From a virus (lineage: Duplodnaviria; Caudoviricetes): DNA of 26,430 nucleotides. The stretch's first letter is position 1; each line of letters begins with the position of its first letter. The notes beneath the pieces are model-generated. The model ran no database searches, had not been told where the DNA came from, and saw only the letters and a list, made by a program, of their open reading frames with translations. Location of the stretch: the IMG/VR virus record IMGVR_UViG_3300024248_000185, positions 1 through 26,430 of that record; one strand, written 5' to 3'. Below, in pieces: positions 16,576 through 25,405 of this stretch. Both the position numbers and the translations under genes were made by a program.

Positions 16576-17517
16576 ATGTCGTTTAATACACTTTCAGACC
16601 TCAGAAAACAAAGAGGCAACTTCGACAACTTAATGAAGGAAGTCGAAAAAATCTCAAACCCTAAATCAAATTTTAAGAAAGGCGATGACAGGGAATGGAA
16701 ACCCACAGTAGATAAAGCAGGTAACGGATATTCAGTTATTCGATTCTTACCTTTGTCTCAAGGTGCAACAGATACTGGTGTACCCTGGGTTAGAGTTTTC
16801 AACCATGGCTTTCAAGGCCCTGGTGGAAAATGGTATATTGAGAACTCTCTCACAACTCTTAACAAGCAAGATCCTGTTTCAGAACTTAATACTGAACTAT
16901 GGAATTCTGGTGTGGAGGCAAACAAAGAGATTGCTCGTAAACAAAAAAGACGCCTAAATTATTGGGCTAATATTTTGGTAGTAGAAGATCCTTCCAATCC
17001 TGAGAATGAAGGCAAAGTCTTTATTTACAAATTTGGTAAAAAGATCTTTGACAAAATCCAAGATGTTTTGAAACCAGAGTTTCAAGATGAGAAACCAGTT
17101 AACCCTTTCGACTTTTGGGAAGGTGCTAACTTTAAACTAAAAATTCGACAAGTAGAAGGCTATCGTAATTATGATAAAAGTGAATTTGATTCGCCTTCTT
17201 CTATTGCAGAAGATGATGCTAAAATTGAAGCAATATGGAATACACAATATGACTTAGGTACTCTTGTGTCTCCAGATCAATTTAAATCTTATGATGAGTT
17301 GAAGTCTAAACTAGACATGGTTCTAGGAACAAAGACTGTCCCTACAGCAGAGTCCATTTCAGCACAAACTAATGATGCTGAGGATGATCACTTTGTACAA
17401 AAGGCAACCTCTGTAGAAGCTTCAGCTCCTGCACCTGTATCTACTCCTGAGCCAGCAATTGCTGATGATGAAGATGATACTTTAAGTTACTTTAAACAGC
17501 TTGCTGACGAAAAGTAA
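16576..17517 (+). CDS. gp32: Single-stranded DNA-binding protein (T4 gp32-like)
   Basis: DDREWKP.VDKAGNG..VIRFLP, HGFQGPGGKWYIENSLTT, YKFGKKIFDKI, NPFDFWEGANFKLKIR, NYDKSEF, acidic tail DDTLSYFKQLA. Confidence 0.97.
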   Translation: MSFNTLSDLRKQRGNFDNLMKEVEKISNPKSNFKKGDDREWKPTVDKAGNGYSVIRFLPLSQGATDTGVPWVRVFNHGFQGPGGKWYIENSLTTLNKQDPVSELNTELWNSGVEANKEIARKQKRRLNYWANILVVEDPSNPENEGKVFIYKFGKKIFDKIQDVLKPEFQDEKPVNPFDFWEGANFKLKIRQVEGYRNYDKSEFDSPSSIAEDDAKIEAIWNTQYDLGTLVSPDQFKSYDELKSKLDMVLGTKTVPTAESISAQTNDAEDDHFVQKATSVEASAPAPVSTPEPAIADDEDDTLSYFKQLADEK

Positions 17518-17534
17518 ATAAAACCTAGAGTTTT

Positions 17535-17561
17535 GGGGGCTCCTAACGGAGCCTTCTTTTT
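17535..17561 (+). terminator. Rho-independent terminator
   Basis: GGGGGCTCC-TAAC-GGAGCCTTC stem followed by TTTTT. Confidence 0.85.
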
Positions 17562-17565
17562 GACT

Positions 17566-17573
17566 AATAAATA
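17566..17573 (+). promoter_or_regulatory. Late-type promoter (AATAAATA)
   Basis: One mismatch to TATAAATA; immediately after a terminator; 5-nt spacer to ATG 17579. Confidence 0.65.
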
Positions 17574-17578
17574 GTAAT

Positions 17579-18295
17579 ATGAAGTACACAACCAAGACAG
17601 CAATTAAATTAGCTATATTGTTTTCAGTAGCAATAGGTGGGCTGGCATATTGGTTAATACAAGGTGCAACATTATTACAGTTTATATTTGCATTTGTAAT
17701 GTTATCCTTCGTATCTCGAATAGCAAATGCAGGTTATCATAGATGGTTAACACATAATCAATTTCAACCTACATGGCTAGGTAAAAATATGATGTTGTAT
17801 TTCATGGTACTTACAGGCGAGGCACCACCTGGACATTATGTAATAGCACATTTAAATCATCACAAGTATACAGATGAAGAAGGCGATCCTCATGGTCCTA
17901 AACAAATAGGATTTTGGAACTTAGCATTAGGTAGATATGGAGAAACAAAGCCTGTATTCATGAGAAATTATGCCAGACATAAAGATGCTCAATGGGTAAC
18001 AGAACATTATTGGAGATTATATCTTGCTAATTGGATATTGTTTGCCTTAATAAATCCTTATTTAAATGTATGGTTGGCGTGCATGTTTTGTTGGAGTTGG
18101 CTACAGATGATTAATTTAAATTGGCGAGGACATGGTGGTACACAAGGAACTCCTACAAATTTAGGTAGAATATCTAATTTGTTTATGGGAGGAGAAGACT
18201 ATCATAAAAATCACCATGATAACCCAGGCAAACTTGTTATGGGTAAGTGGGACACGACAGGAAAATATTTGGTTCCTTGGTTATTAGCAAAATGA
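17579..18295 (+). CDS. Membrane fatty-acid desaturase (delta-9-like)
   Basis: Three His boxes HRWLTH, HLNHH, HKNHH; GDPHGP; GEDYH; hydrophobic helices. Confidence 0.9.
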   Translation: MKYTTKTAIKLAILFSVAIGGLAYWLIQGATLLQFIFAFVMLSFVSRIANAGYHRWLTHNQFQPTWLGKNMMLYFMVLTGEAPPGHYVIAHLNHHKYTDEEGDPHGPKQIGFWNLALGRYGETKPVFMRNYARHKDAQWVTEHYWRLYLANWILFALINPYLNVWLACMFCWSWLQMINLNWRGHGGTQGTPTNLGRISNLFMGGEDYHKNHHDNPGKLVMGKWDTTGKYLVPWLLAK

Positions 18296-19002
18296 AAAAG
18301 ATATTAGGACTACCATTATATCATGTAAGCAATGTGGGCATGGATCTTATTCCTGACTTACAAGATTCTATAGAAAAACTACAAGAAGAAAAACAAGACT
18401 GGGATAGACAAAAAAGTAAACTTTCTATATACACAGAAGAGGGTGAACATAAATTTAAATTAAAAATAGATCCTATGGAAGGTGTGAAAGGGTGGAGCGA
18501 ATTACAAAAAATAATAAAAGATCATGTGATGAATTATTATTACTTTACACAACCTATAGATGATGATTTCCAACAAGGACCTGATTCTAAATTAAGAGAT
18601 TCTTTAAAAAACTTTTGGCACAATTATGCTTGGTATACTTATTTTGATGAAACAGATTCTTATGGTTGGCATTCACATACACAATATTATTTAATTGTTA
18701 CCTACTATGTAAGAGCAGATGAGGAGCATGCACCCATACAATTTAAGTCTCCTATATCAGACATGTACACATCTTGGACATTAGGAACAAAGAAAGCAGA
18801 ACTAAAAGAAACAATACAACCTAAGACAGGCGACATAATGATATGGCCTGCTTGGTTGGAACACCAAGTACCTTCAATACAAGAAAAAATATTAGATCAT
18901 AGTACTATTGAAGAAGGACATAAATATACAAACAAGAGGATTAGCATAACAAATTGTTTCGTTAAACCTCATCAACAATTTTTACATACACAAGGGAAGT
19001 AA
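18292..19002 (+). CDS. Putative 2OG-Fe(II) oxygenase
   Basis: WHSH (HxH), TYYV, PKTGDIMIWPAWLEHQV, RISI; ATGA coupling supports start 18292. Confidence 0.78.
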   Translation: MKKILGLPLYHVSNVGMDLIPDLQDSIEKLQEEKQDWDRQKSKLSIYTEEGEHKFKLKIDPMEGVKGWSELQKIIKDHVMNYYYFTQPIDDDFQQGPDSKLRDSLKNFWHNYAWYTYFDETDSYGWHSHTQYYLIVTYYVRADEEHAPIQFKSPISDMYTSWTLGTKKAELKETIQPKTGDIMIWPAWLEHQVPSIQEKILDHSTIEEGHKYTNKRISITNCFVKPHQQFLHTQGK

Positions 19003-19004
19003 TT

Positions 19005-19448
19005 ATGGACAGGACTAATGTCTACGAACAGTTAAAAATCGACGAGGGCGTCGTATATGAGATCTATCACGATCACTTAGGCTATCCTACATTTGGCGTA
19101 GGACATCTTATTTTAAAATCAGATGTAGAACACGGTCAACGACAAGGCACAGCAATCTCAGAAGAGAGAGTTAGAGAATGTTTTGAACAAGATTTAGATA
19201 TATCTATATCAGAATGTGAGGCATTGTTTAAGGATAATTGGAAAGAGTATCCTGGCGAACTACAAGAAGTTCTTGTTAATATGATGTTTAACTTAGGTAG
19301 AACTAGACTAGGTAAATTTAAGAAATTTATTGGTGCAATCAATGAGGGAGATTGGAATAAAGCTTCTATAGAAATGATGGACAGTCGTTGGGCTGTACAA
19401 GTAGGACCTAGAGCTAATAGACTCCGTGATAGAGTTCAATCGCTTTAA
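19005..19448 (+). CDS. T4-type lysozyme (GH24 endolysin)
   Basis: LKIDEG...YHDHLGYPTFGVGH (E-x8-D-x5-T triad), NMMFNLG, EMMDSRWAVQVGPRA. Confidence 0.93.
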   Translation: MDRTNVYEQLKIDEGVVYEIYHDHLGYPTFGVGHLILKSDVEHGQRQGTAISEERVRECFEQDLDISISECEALFKDNWKEYPGELQEVLVNMMFNLGRTRLGKFKKFIGAINEGDWNKASIEMMDSRWAVQVGPRANRLRDRVQSL

Positions 19449-22400
19449 GTAAATCTTCGGTCCATTGCTCTGTGAATGGTACTATCATTGTTTCTAATTC
19501 CTGGGCTACCCATAACACCTATAAGCTTATCATCTGATTTTCCACTTGCCGGTGCACTAGTAGAGTTATTGTTTACTACAACTGGTTGGGGTTGAGCGTT
19601 AGCCATATCAGTAGCTTCTCCACTTAATCGTCCCATATTTTCAACTGCCAATGCTGTTTGATTACCTTCAGCATTAATGCCTGCTTCGTTTAATGATGTC
19701 TCATCTAATGTTCCTGATTCTAGTTTTTGCACCATCTCAGCTTTAGCATTTCTTTTCTCTTCTAAAGTATCTTTAACTAGTTGCATATCTTCACCTGTTA
19801 AGTCATCATCTTTTATAATAGCTTTAAGTTGACTTATAGATGCGTCTTTAAGTTTTTCCTTATCTATTGTAGACTCACCAAAAAAGTTTTCGTCATACAA
19901 GCCACTTTCTTTAGCTTGATCCATACCTGCTTCTAAGTCTGTGGTTGTAGTGGCATCTGTAATTGCATTCTTTATCATGCCTATAGGACTGGCATCAAAT
20001 GCTTTACTAAAGAATCCTCTATCATCAACACCTGCTTCTTTTATATTGGCATCTTCTGATTTAATAACATCGTCTATATTTTCACCTTGTGCAACTCTCT
20101 TTTCTATTCTAGCTGCTAGTTCTGGATCTTTCTCTTTAAGTGCCTCTAGTGTTTGATCTCCTGTTTTACCATATATACCTTTGGATATAGTATCTGCATC
20201 TGCGAGTCCAAATGTTAGTGCTGATAAAGCTCCACCTGCTGCACTAGCACCTTTCATGCCTAATGTTGCATCTTTGCCTTCTACACCAAATTCATCTGTT
20301 TTTCCAAACTGATTAAATGCTCCAACACCTGCTGTAATAGCGGCAAGTCCTAAGCCCACACCAGGTATAAATCTACCTGCTGCACCCAGTCCTCTGGCTA
20401 ACCCACCTGCTCCTTTCATCAAACCTTTTGCTCCTTTGGCTAATCTGCCTAGTTTACTTTTAGGTTTTCTGCTTCTCTTGTTCTTACGGTTTTTCTTGTT
20501 CTTACGATTGCCCATAAGCATATCCATCATGCCACCGCCACCGTTATCACCACCACCACCGCCCATGCCACCGGCTTCAATGTTTTGTAGTGACTCTAAC
20601 ATTTGCTCTAATGTGTCTAATTGTTTCTCTGCAAATGATTCTGTGTCTTGTCCTGTTCTTTCATCTTTACCTTTAATAGCATCTGCAAGTTCATCAAATT
20701 TTTCTTCTAAGTGCGTATCATGTGTAAAGATAGATCCTTCTGTTGTAGCTTCTTCTGTTAACTTTTTTAAATCTTCTGCTGTAGATTCTGTGTTCTCAGC
20801 TGTAGCTTCTAGATCAGCTATGTTTTCTTCTGAGGCTTTAGCAACAGAGCCATCTCTATTTTCTTCTGGAATATTTTTCTCTCTCCATTCATCTTTCTTA
20901 TCAGGATTAAATACAGAAAGTCCTGTCTCCGGGTCAACTTTTTTCTCGGGGCCATCATATATACCAAGTCCAGTATCAGTACCCATCATTCTGCCTTGAG
21001 CTTCACCTTGACTCTCTACTTCTAGATCTCTTTGCGCTGCCTCTTTAAACTGAAGATCTCCTTGAAGGCTTTCAAAGTTTGAAAGTCCACCTGTATTAGC
21101 ATCTCCAAAAATACGAGACTTATCAAATACTTGCCCTACAGCATTCTTTGATAAATTCATTCTACCTATTGTTTGGTTTAGAGTTCTATTAAATACTCCT
21201 CCACCTATAGCTTTTGCTTTGGCAAATCCTGTTTTACCCTCAGCATCTTTTCCTACATTACCTTTATCAAATATACCTTTAAAGCCTTTACTATCAGGTG
21301 TTCCAAATAATCTATCTTTAGAGTCTTGTGCTTGAAGAGGATCTCCCTGATTAACTCCAAAGAAAGCTTTAGTTATGGAATTTGCTTTACTAGAACCTAT
21401 CAAACCATCTTCAAGTAAAGATTTACTCCTTTCTTTACCTGCAGATTTGTTGTTAACTTCATCCAAGTTTAGCATTTTTGCTAAGTCTTCTCCGCCTGTA
21501 ATTTTAAGTCTTTCTATACCTTTAGTTACATCGCCTCTTAATTGGTTTTGTTTGCTAGGATCTTTATTTTCTTGCATTGCTCCCAATGCTTTTATAACAT
21601 CACCTAAGTCTGTTTTGGCACCTTCATTATCATCCAATGCCTTTTGTACAGCAGCTGCGTTAGCTCCTATATTTTTATTTAATTCTGCTGCTCCTTGTGA
21701 GCCTTGATTTTGTAATCTGTTTCTTGTTGTTCCTACAACACCCTGAGATATTCTAACATCTTCTGCTAATGCTTTAATAGGATCTGTTTCTGCAAAAGAT
21801 GTTGTAGCTTTTCCATCTACGCCTATTCCTTTTTCAATAAATTTAGCAGTACCTGTTGTTTTATAATCACCCGCTCTTTTAATATTCTTGCCGGCAATTT
21901 TTAATTCTTCGTCTTCTCTAAACACAAGATTCTGTGTTCTATCAAACATGTCCATGTTAGGATCAAATTCTTGTCCAGATATTTTTCTTTTATTTAAACT
22001 TTCGCCTGTTGTTTTAACATCGGCGGAGAGAGCACCTACATCTTTAACCTTACCTTCTCTCTTTAAGGCAGCTTGATCTCTTTCATATTGTCTGGCATAG
22101 TCTTCATCATCCATGCCATAGCCTTTACGCTTTTTCGCTGTGTCTAATTTTCTACCTGTGCCAGCAGCGCCATCGCCTTGTCCTATTGTAGTCTTGGAAG
22201 CTATTGCTTTATCTTTCTCAGATATTTCCTTTGCATTCTTAGCTGCTTGATCTATGTCTTTCTCTGCTTGTGATTTAGGTCCTGTTGGTTTAGGGCCGGG
22301 TTTACCAGAAGGTGCTCCAGCTGTTCCACCTCTTCCTTCCTGTTTACTCATAAGACCTAGAGTTTTTTCAATTCTATTCAACCCTTCTAGAGTCAGTTTG

Positions 22401-22723
22401 TTTTGTTCTAGAATAATTTCTCTGGCTGCTTTACCACCCTTATCTCTTTTTAGTGCTGCTGCTCGATCCTCATCAACAATCTTCTTCTTAGCCTTCTCTT
22501 CTTCTTTTTCCCTCCGATTAGCAAATCCCGCTTTAATAACCTCATAGGCTATCTGCATATTATTCTTTTTATCGTTGCCTTTTGCAAGATTTTGAAGGGT
22601 GGTAGTTTCCTCTTTTATGGCAGCTTCAAGGCTTTGTAGTTCCTTAGAGGAAGCCATGTCTTGGCCAGCTTCTCCAATTGCTTTAACCTCATCTATTAAA
22701 CCCTTTAACTTCTTGTCATCCAT
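19445..22723 (-). CDS. Probable tail tape-measure / baseplate hub protein (T4 gp29-like), about 1092 aa
   Basis: Long helical A/G/K/E-rich protein with Gly-rich hydrophobic segments and C-terminal VVVNNNS; follows gp26-gp51; start placed at ATG 22723. Confidence 0.7.
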   Translation of the reverse strand: MDDKKLKGLIDEVKAIGEAGQDMASSKELQSLEAAIKEETTTLQNLAKGNDKKNNMQIAYEVIKAGFANRREKEEEKAKKKIVDEDRAAALKRDKGGKAAREIILEQNKLTLEGLNRIEKTLGLMSKQEGRGGTAGAPSGKPGPKPTGPKSQAEKDIDQAAKNAKEISEKDKAIASKTTIGQGDGAAGTGRKLDTAKKRKGYGMDDEDYARQYERDQAALKREGKVKDVGALSADVKTTGESLNKRKISGQEFDPNMDMFDRTQNLVFREDEELKIAGKNIKRAGDYKTTGTAKFIEKGIGVDGKATTSFAETDPIKALAEDVRISQGVVGTTRNRLQNQGSQGAAELNKNIGANAAAVQKALDDNEGAKTDLGDVIKALGAMQENKDPSKQNQLRGDVTKGIERLKITGGEDLAKMLNLDEVNNKSAGKERSKSLLEDGLIGSSKANSITKAFFGVNQGDPLQAQDSKDRLFGTPDSKGFKGIFDKGNVGKDAEGKTGFAKAKAIGGGVFNRTLNQTIGRMNLSKNAVGQVFDKSRIFGDANTGGLSNFESLQGDLQFKEAAQRDLEVESQGEAQGRMMGTDTGLGIYDGPEKKVDPETGLSVFNPDKKDEWREKNIPEENRDGSVAKASEENIADLEATAENTESTAEDLKKLTEEATTEGSIFTHDTHLEEKFDELADAIKGKDERTGQDTESFAEKQLDTLEQMLESLQNIEAGGMGGGGGDNGGGGMMDMLMGNRKNKKNRKNKRSRKPKSKLGRLAKGAKGLMKGAGGLARGLGAAGRFIPGVGLGLAAITAGVGAFNQFGKTDEFGVEGKDATLGMKGASAAGGALSALTFGLADADTISKGIYGKTGDQTLEALKEKDPELAARIEKRVAQGENIDDVIKSEDANIKEAGVDDRGFFSKAFDASPIGMIKNAITDATTTTDLEAGMDQAKESGLYDENFFGESTIDKEKLKDASISQLKAIIKDDDLTGEDMQLVKDTLEEKRNAKAEMVQKLESGTLDETSLNEAGINAEGNQTALAVENMGRLSGEATDMANAQPQPVVVNNNSTSAPASGKSDDKLIGVMGSPGIRNNDSTIHRAMDRRFT

Positions 22724-22728
22724 TTGTT

Positions 22729-22872
22729 TTACCAACCCCTACTTTGTTGTGCCTTTTCTTTAGCCTTTTCGGCTTTGTTTTTTAAGTGTACTATAAGCAT
22801 ACTTACATACACCTCCCTTTCCCAGGGCATCATATTTTCTAACTCTGTTAAACTATAATGATGTTCCTGCAT
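22729..22872 (-). CDS. gp51: Baseplate hub assembly protein (T4 gp51-like); frame open upstream to 22938; not in the ORF track
   Basis: NYYRTNFLLMQEHHYSLTELENMMPWEREVYVSML signature; lies between gp26 and the tape measure. Confidence 0.88.
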   Translation of the reverse strand: MQEHHYSLTELENMMPWEREVYVSMLIVHLKNKAEKAKEKAQQSRGW

Positions 22873-22922
22873 TAACAAAAAATTAGTCCTGTAATAATTA
22901 TCAAGACTCTCCTGAGAAAGGC

Positions 22923-23612
22923 TTAGGCGAAAAAATGTTCATATCCATTAATATTAACTGTTTGATCTTCATCACAATGTGGACATTTATATTCAATCAA
23001 CTTCTGTAATACAGGCATTGATCTAATAAATGCTCTCATTTTTTCAAACACATCAATAGGAAGATCATTAATAAAATTATCTACTTCCTCTCTTTTTACA
23101 TCTTTAATAAATTGTTCCTCTTCTTCAGTAACAATAGATTCTATACAATGTATAATAGTATCGATGTCTGTTTGCCCTTCTTCCTGTGTAACTTTCACTG
23201 CACTTGGAAATTTCATTTTTATAACAAAGTCATCATTAACTTTTATATCTTTATCTGCGATGCCACTAAGATCGCCTACTCCCATCTCTTTTAGATCTAG
23301 GGTATAGTTTATAGTGCCTTGGCAATTACCACATACAAGATTAAAATCCTGTTCCTCACCAACTGAGGCCATTCTTATTTTTACAAACAAGTCCTGTAAT
23401 TGAAACATTGGCATATCCTCGACATTTAATTTCTCGAATGTGCAATTGTCTACAACTTGAGCACAAGCTTGTACCATTTCTTTGTAGTCTTCACCTTGAC
23501 TTGCTAGCATTAGAATCTTTTCTTCCTTAACTAGAAAGGGTCTGTATTTAACAGTCTCTCCAGATAACGCAAGAGTAGTATCATATACTGGCGTATCTAT
23601 TTTAGGTAACAT
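22923..23612 (-). CDS. gp26: Baseplate hub subunit (T4 gp26-like)
   Basis: MLPKIDTPVY, KYRPFLVKEEKIL, IRMASVGE, two CxxC (CGNC, CPHC), C-terminal GYEHFF. Confidence 0.92.
   Translation of the reverse strand: MLPKIDTPVYDTTLALSGETVKYRPFLVKEEKILMLASQGEDYKEMVQACAQVVDNCTFEKLNVEDMPMFQLQDLFVKIRMASVGEEQDFNLVCGNCQGTINYTLDLKEMGVGDLSGIADKDIKVNDDFVIKMKFPSAVKVTQEEGQTDIDTIIHCIESIVTEEEEQFIKDVKREEVDNFINDLPIDVFEKMRAFIRSMPVLQKLIEYKCPHCDEDQTVNINGYEHFFA
22929..22935 (-). other. Candidate -1 ribosomal slippery heptamer T TTT TTC
   Basis: X XXY YYZ pattern one codon before the gp26 stop; the -1 frame leads into gp51. Confidence 0.6.
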
Positions 23613-23638
23613 AATTTATTTTCTCCATTATTAATTAT

Positions 23639-24286
23639 TTAAGATCCTGAAGAACCCTCTCCATGATCATATTCATTTGCTATAGAAGATCTATCAGAAG
23701 GACTTGTTCCAAAAGCTTCTATACCATCTCCTTTCTTAGAATCACTAGATTCCCAATACGCTGCTGAGACAATTAGCGTATTTCTAATTGGTGCTACTGT
23801 ACCACTAGACATAGGTACTAAGTTTAGAACCTTTGGCATAGCTTCATACAATCGCCACCTCTTTGTAACATTGTCTTGTAAATTTAAAGTAGCAATGTCA
23901 ATAGTACAAGTTACATCATCTATATAACCTAGTTCTTGACTGTTAGTATCTGCACAAGCTGATATCCAGTTTTCAAAAAAGGATCTTAATTCCCAATCAT
24001 TTGTTGTTAGGAATGTAAAGTTAATTTCGTTTCCTAGGAATCCAACTTTAGTATTTCTAAAGAAAGTCCAAGGGCCAATATTGAATTCTTTGTTACTCAA
24101 TATCATACCTGGAATCTGTACTTCTTCGCAATACAATTGCGCTGTTTTTACTTTTTGCTTAGAATCTCCAGTTAACTTTCCTGACAAAGAACCTAGGTTA
24201 AAAGTAACCTCAAATCTATCCGCCCTGGCAAAGGTACGCGATTTAATATCTTCTATATAATCTTTTAATTTATGTCCTGCTGGCAT
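23639..24286 (-). CDS. Tail-tube-fold baseplate protein (gp54/gp19-like)
   Basis: ARADRFEV, CEEVQIPG, INFTF...RSFFENW, LYEAMPK; position between gp2 and gp26. Confidence 0.7.
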   Translation of the reverse strand: MPAGHKLKDYIEDIKSRTFARADRFEVTFNLGSLSGKLTGDSKQKVKTAQLYCEEVQIPGMILSNKEFNIGPWTFFRNTKVGFLGNEINFTFLTTNDWELRSFFENWISACADTNSQELGYIDDVTCTIDIATLNLQDNVTKRWRLYEAMPKVLNLVPMSSGTVAPIRNTLIVSAAYWESSDSKKGDGIEAFGTSPSDRSSIANEYDHGEGSSGS

Positions 24287-24897
24287 TATACTTTCCCTAC
24301 ATTAATAGACCCGCGTCTTTTTCTTTCTGGTTTTTCCATTGTTGTTCTATATACTGTTCTATCTGATGCACCTACAAAGTTCTGTACAGGTAAAAATATA
24401 GCTGCTTTCCAATTTTTAGGATCTACTTCTATCATCTTTCCTGTTATATGAGGTGTTAAATATTTTTTAACAGACCCTCTTACTTCGGGGAATCTACTAA
24501 AATTTCTTAATGAACTCCATGTAGCCTTAAATACACTCTCATCTGTTAAGTTTCTTTGTGCTGGAAATATTTTATCTAAAAGATTGGCTCTTAATGTAGG
24601 AGCCAAGTAATGTAAATTAATACCACTAAATCCATTAGGCATGGGTTCTGTAATTATAACTAAAGGAACAGTATCATAATATGGTAAATCAGCTTTTGTC
24701 TTAGGGTCATAAGAAAACATATACATTTTTCCTACTGTTAAAGTTCTTGCTTCTTTACCCAAATCTGTTTGGCTAGCTTCTTGAAAAGTATTAACTCCTC
24801 TTGCATAATTACGAACAGCACGAACATACCATTGAACAGATTTGTCCTGGTGTCTATTACCTGCTGCTTGTTCTATATCTTTGAATGGTGTAGCCAT
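24286..24897 (-). CDS. gp2: DNA end protector (T4 gp2-like)
   Basis: GKMYMFSYDPKTK.DLPYYD..PLV, GINLHYL, VKKYL..HI, W..AIFLP. Confidence 0.92.
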   Translation of the reverse strand: MATPFKDIEQAAGNRHQDKSVQWYVRAVRNYARGVNTFQEASQTDLGKEARTLTVGKMYMFSYDPKTKADLPYYDTVPLVIITEPMPNGFSGINLHYLAPTLRANLLDKIFPAQRNLTDESVFKATWSSLRNFSRFPEVRGSVKKYLTPHITGKMIEVDPKNWKAAIFLPVQNFVGASDRTVYRTTMEKPERKRRGSINVGKV

Positions 24898-24902
24898 GTA
24901 AG

Positions 24903-24910
24903 TATTTATA
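24903..24910 (-). promoter_or_regulatory. T4-type late promoter for gp2
   Basis: TATAAATA on the minus strand; 5-nt spacer to ATG 24897. Confidence 0.8.
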
Positions 24911-25357
24911 CTAGATACCGAGTTCTTTTTCTGTAACTATTTTAAATTCCATGCCTTGAGACTTACAAAAATCCTTAGCAGCTATCCATTTAGCTTCGTT
25001 AACTCCGTATTGTGCTATCTCTTGTAAGTATCTTTTAGTTTTTCTTTTGCCTGGGAGCGGGGCTTTTGTAAATCTTTCAGGTTTTACCTCTATTAAATAC
25101 TTCTTTATACTATCTTTCTCTTGTACTTCTATATAGAAATCAACCATATATCTGCGTATTTTATTGTCTAATGGATTGCGATAGGGTATAGCAATCTCTT
25201 CTGATACCCAACCTTTAATAGAGTTACTACGATCACACCAGTTCATAAATTTTAGTTCGTAACTAGATCTATAGGTTATTGAGTTGAAGTCACCGAGATA
25301 CTTCGTAGGGTTCTTAGGAATAAACTTTCCTTTGTATATTTCTTTGGCATAAACCAT
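24911..25357 (-). CDS. gp4: Head completion nuclease (T4 gp4-like)
   Basis: YKGKFIPKNPTKYLGD, YRSSYELKFM.WCD, W.SEE..IPY, RYMVDF, LIEVKP, NEAKW.AA, TEKEL. Confidence 0.95.
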   Translation of the reverse strand: MVYAKEIYKGKFIPKNPTKYLGDFNSITYRSSYELKFMNWCDRSNSIKGWVSEEIAIPYRNPLDNKIRRYMVDFYIEVQEKDSIKKYLIEVKPERFTKAPLPGKRKTKRYLQEIAQYGVNEAKWIAAKDFCKSQGMEFKIVTEKELGI

Positions 25358-25364
25358 ATAAATA
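25357..25364 (+). promoter_or_regulatory. T4-type late promoter for gp48
   Basis: TATAAATA about 41 nt upstream of ATG 25406. Confidence 0.75.
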
Positions 25365-25384
25365 AGACTATAATGTTAAATAAG

Positions 25385-25392
25385 TATTTATA
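25385..25392 (-). promoter_or_regulatory. T4-type late promoter for gp4
   Basis: TATAAATA on the minus strand, 27 nt upstream of the gp4 ATG. Confidence 0.75.
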
Positions 25393-25405
25393 GGAGTAGA
25401 ATTTA

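Noticed and set aside
283-19342. Short minus-strand and alternate-frame ORFs in the track (e.g. 283-474, 5072-5332, 9300-9530, 15812-16219, 16763-16957)
   Set aside because: All lie within or across well-supported plus-strand genes and show no motif or expression signal
19941-22547. Several plus-strand ORFs (up to 187 aa) opposite the tape-measure gene
   Set aside because: Ser/Leu/Phe/Pro-rich antisense shadows of the real gene, with no recognisable motifs or start signals
24911-25357. TnsA-like nuclease as a transposon or homing endonuclease
   Set aside because: Sequence and gp4-gp2 synteny match the core head-completion protein; no terminal repeats or transposase
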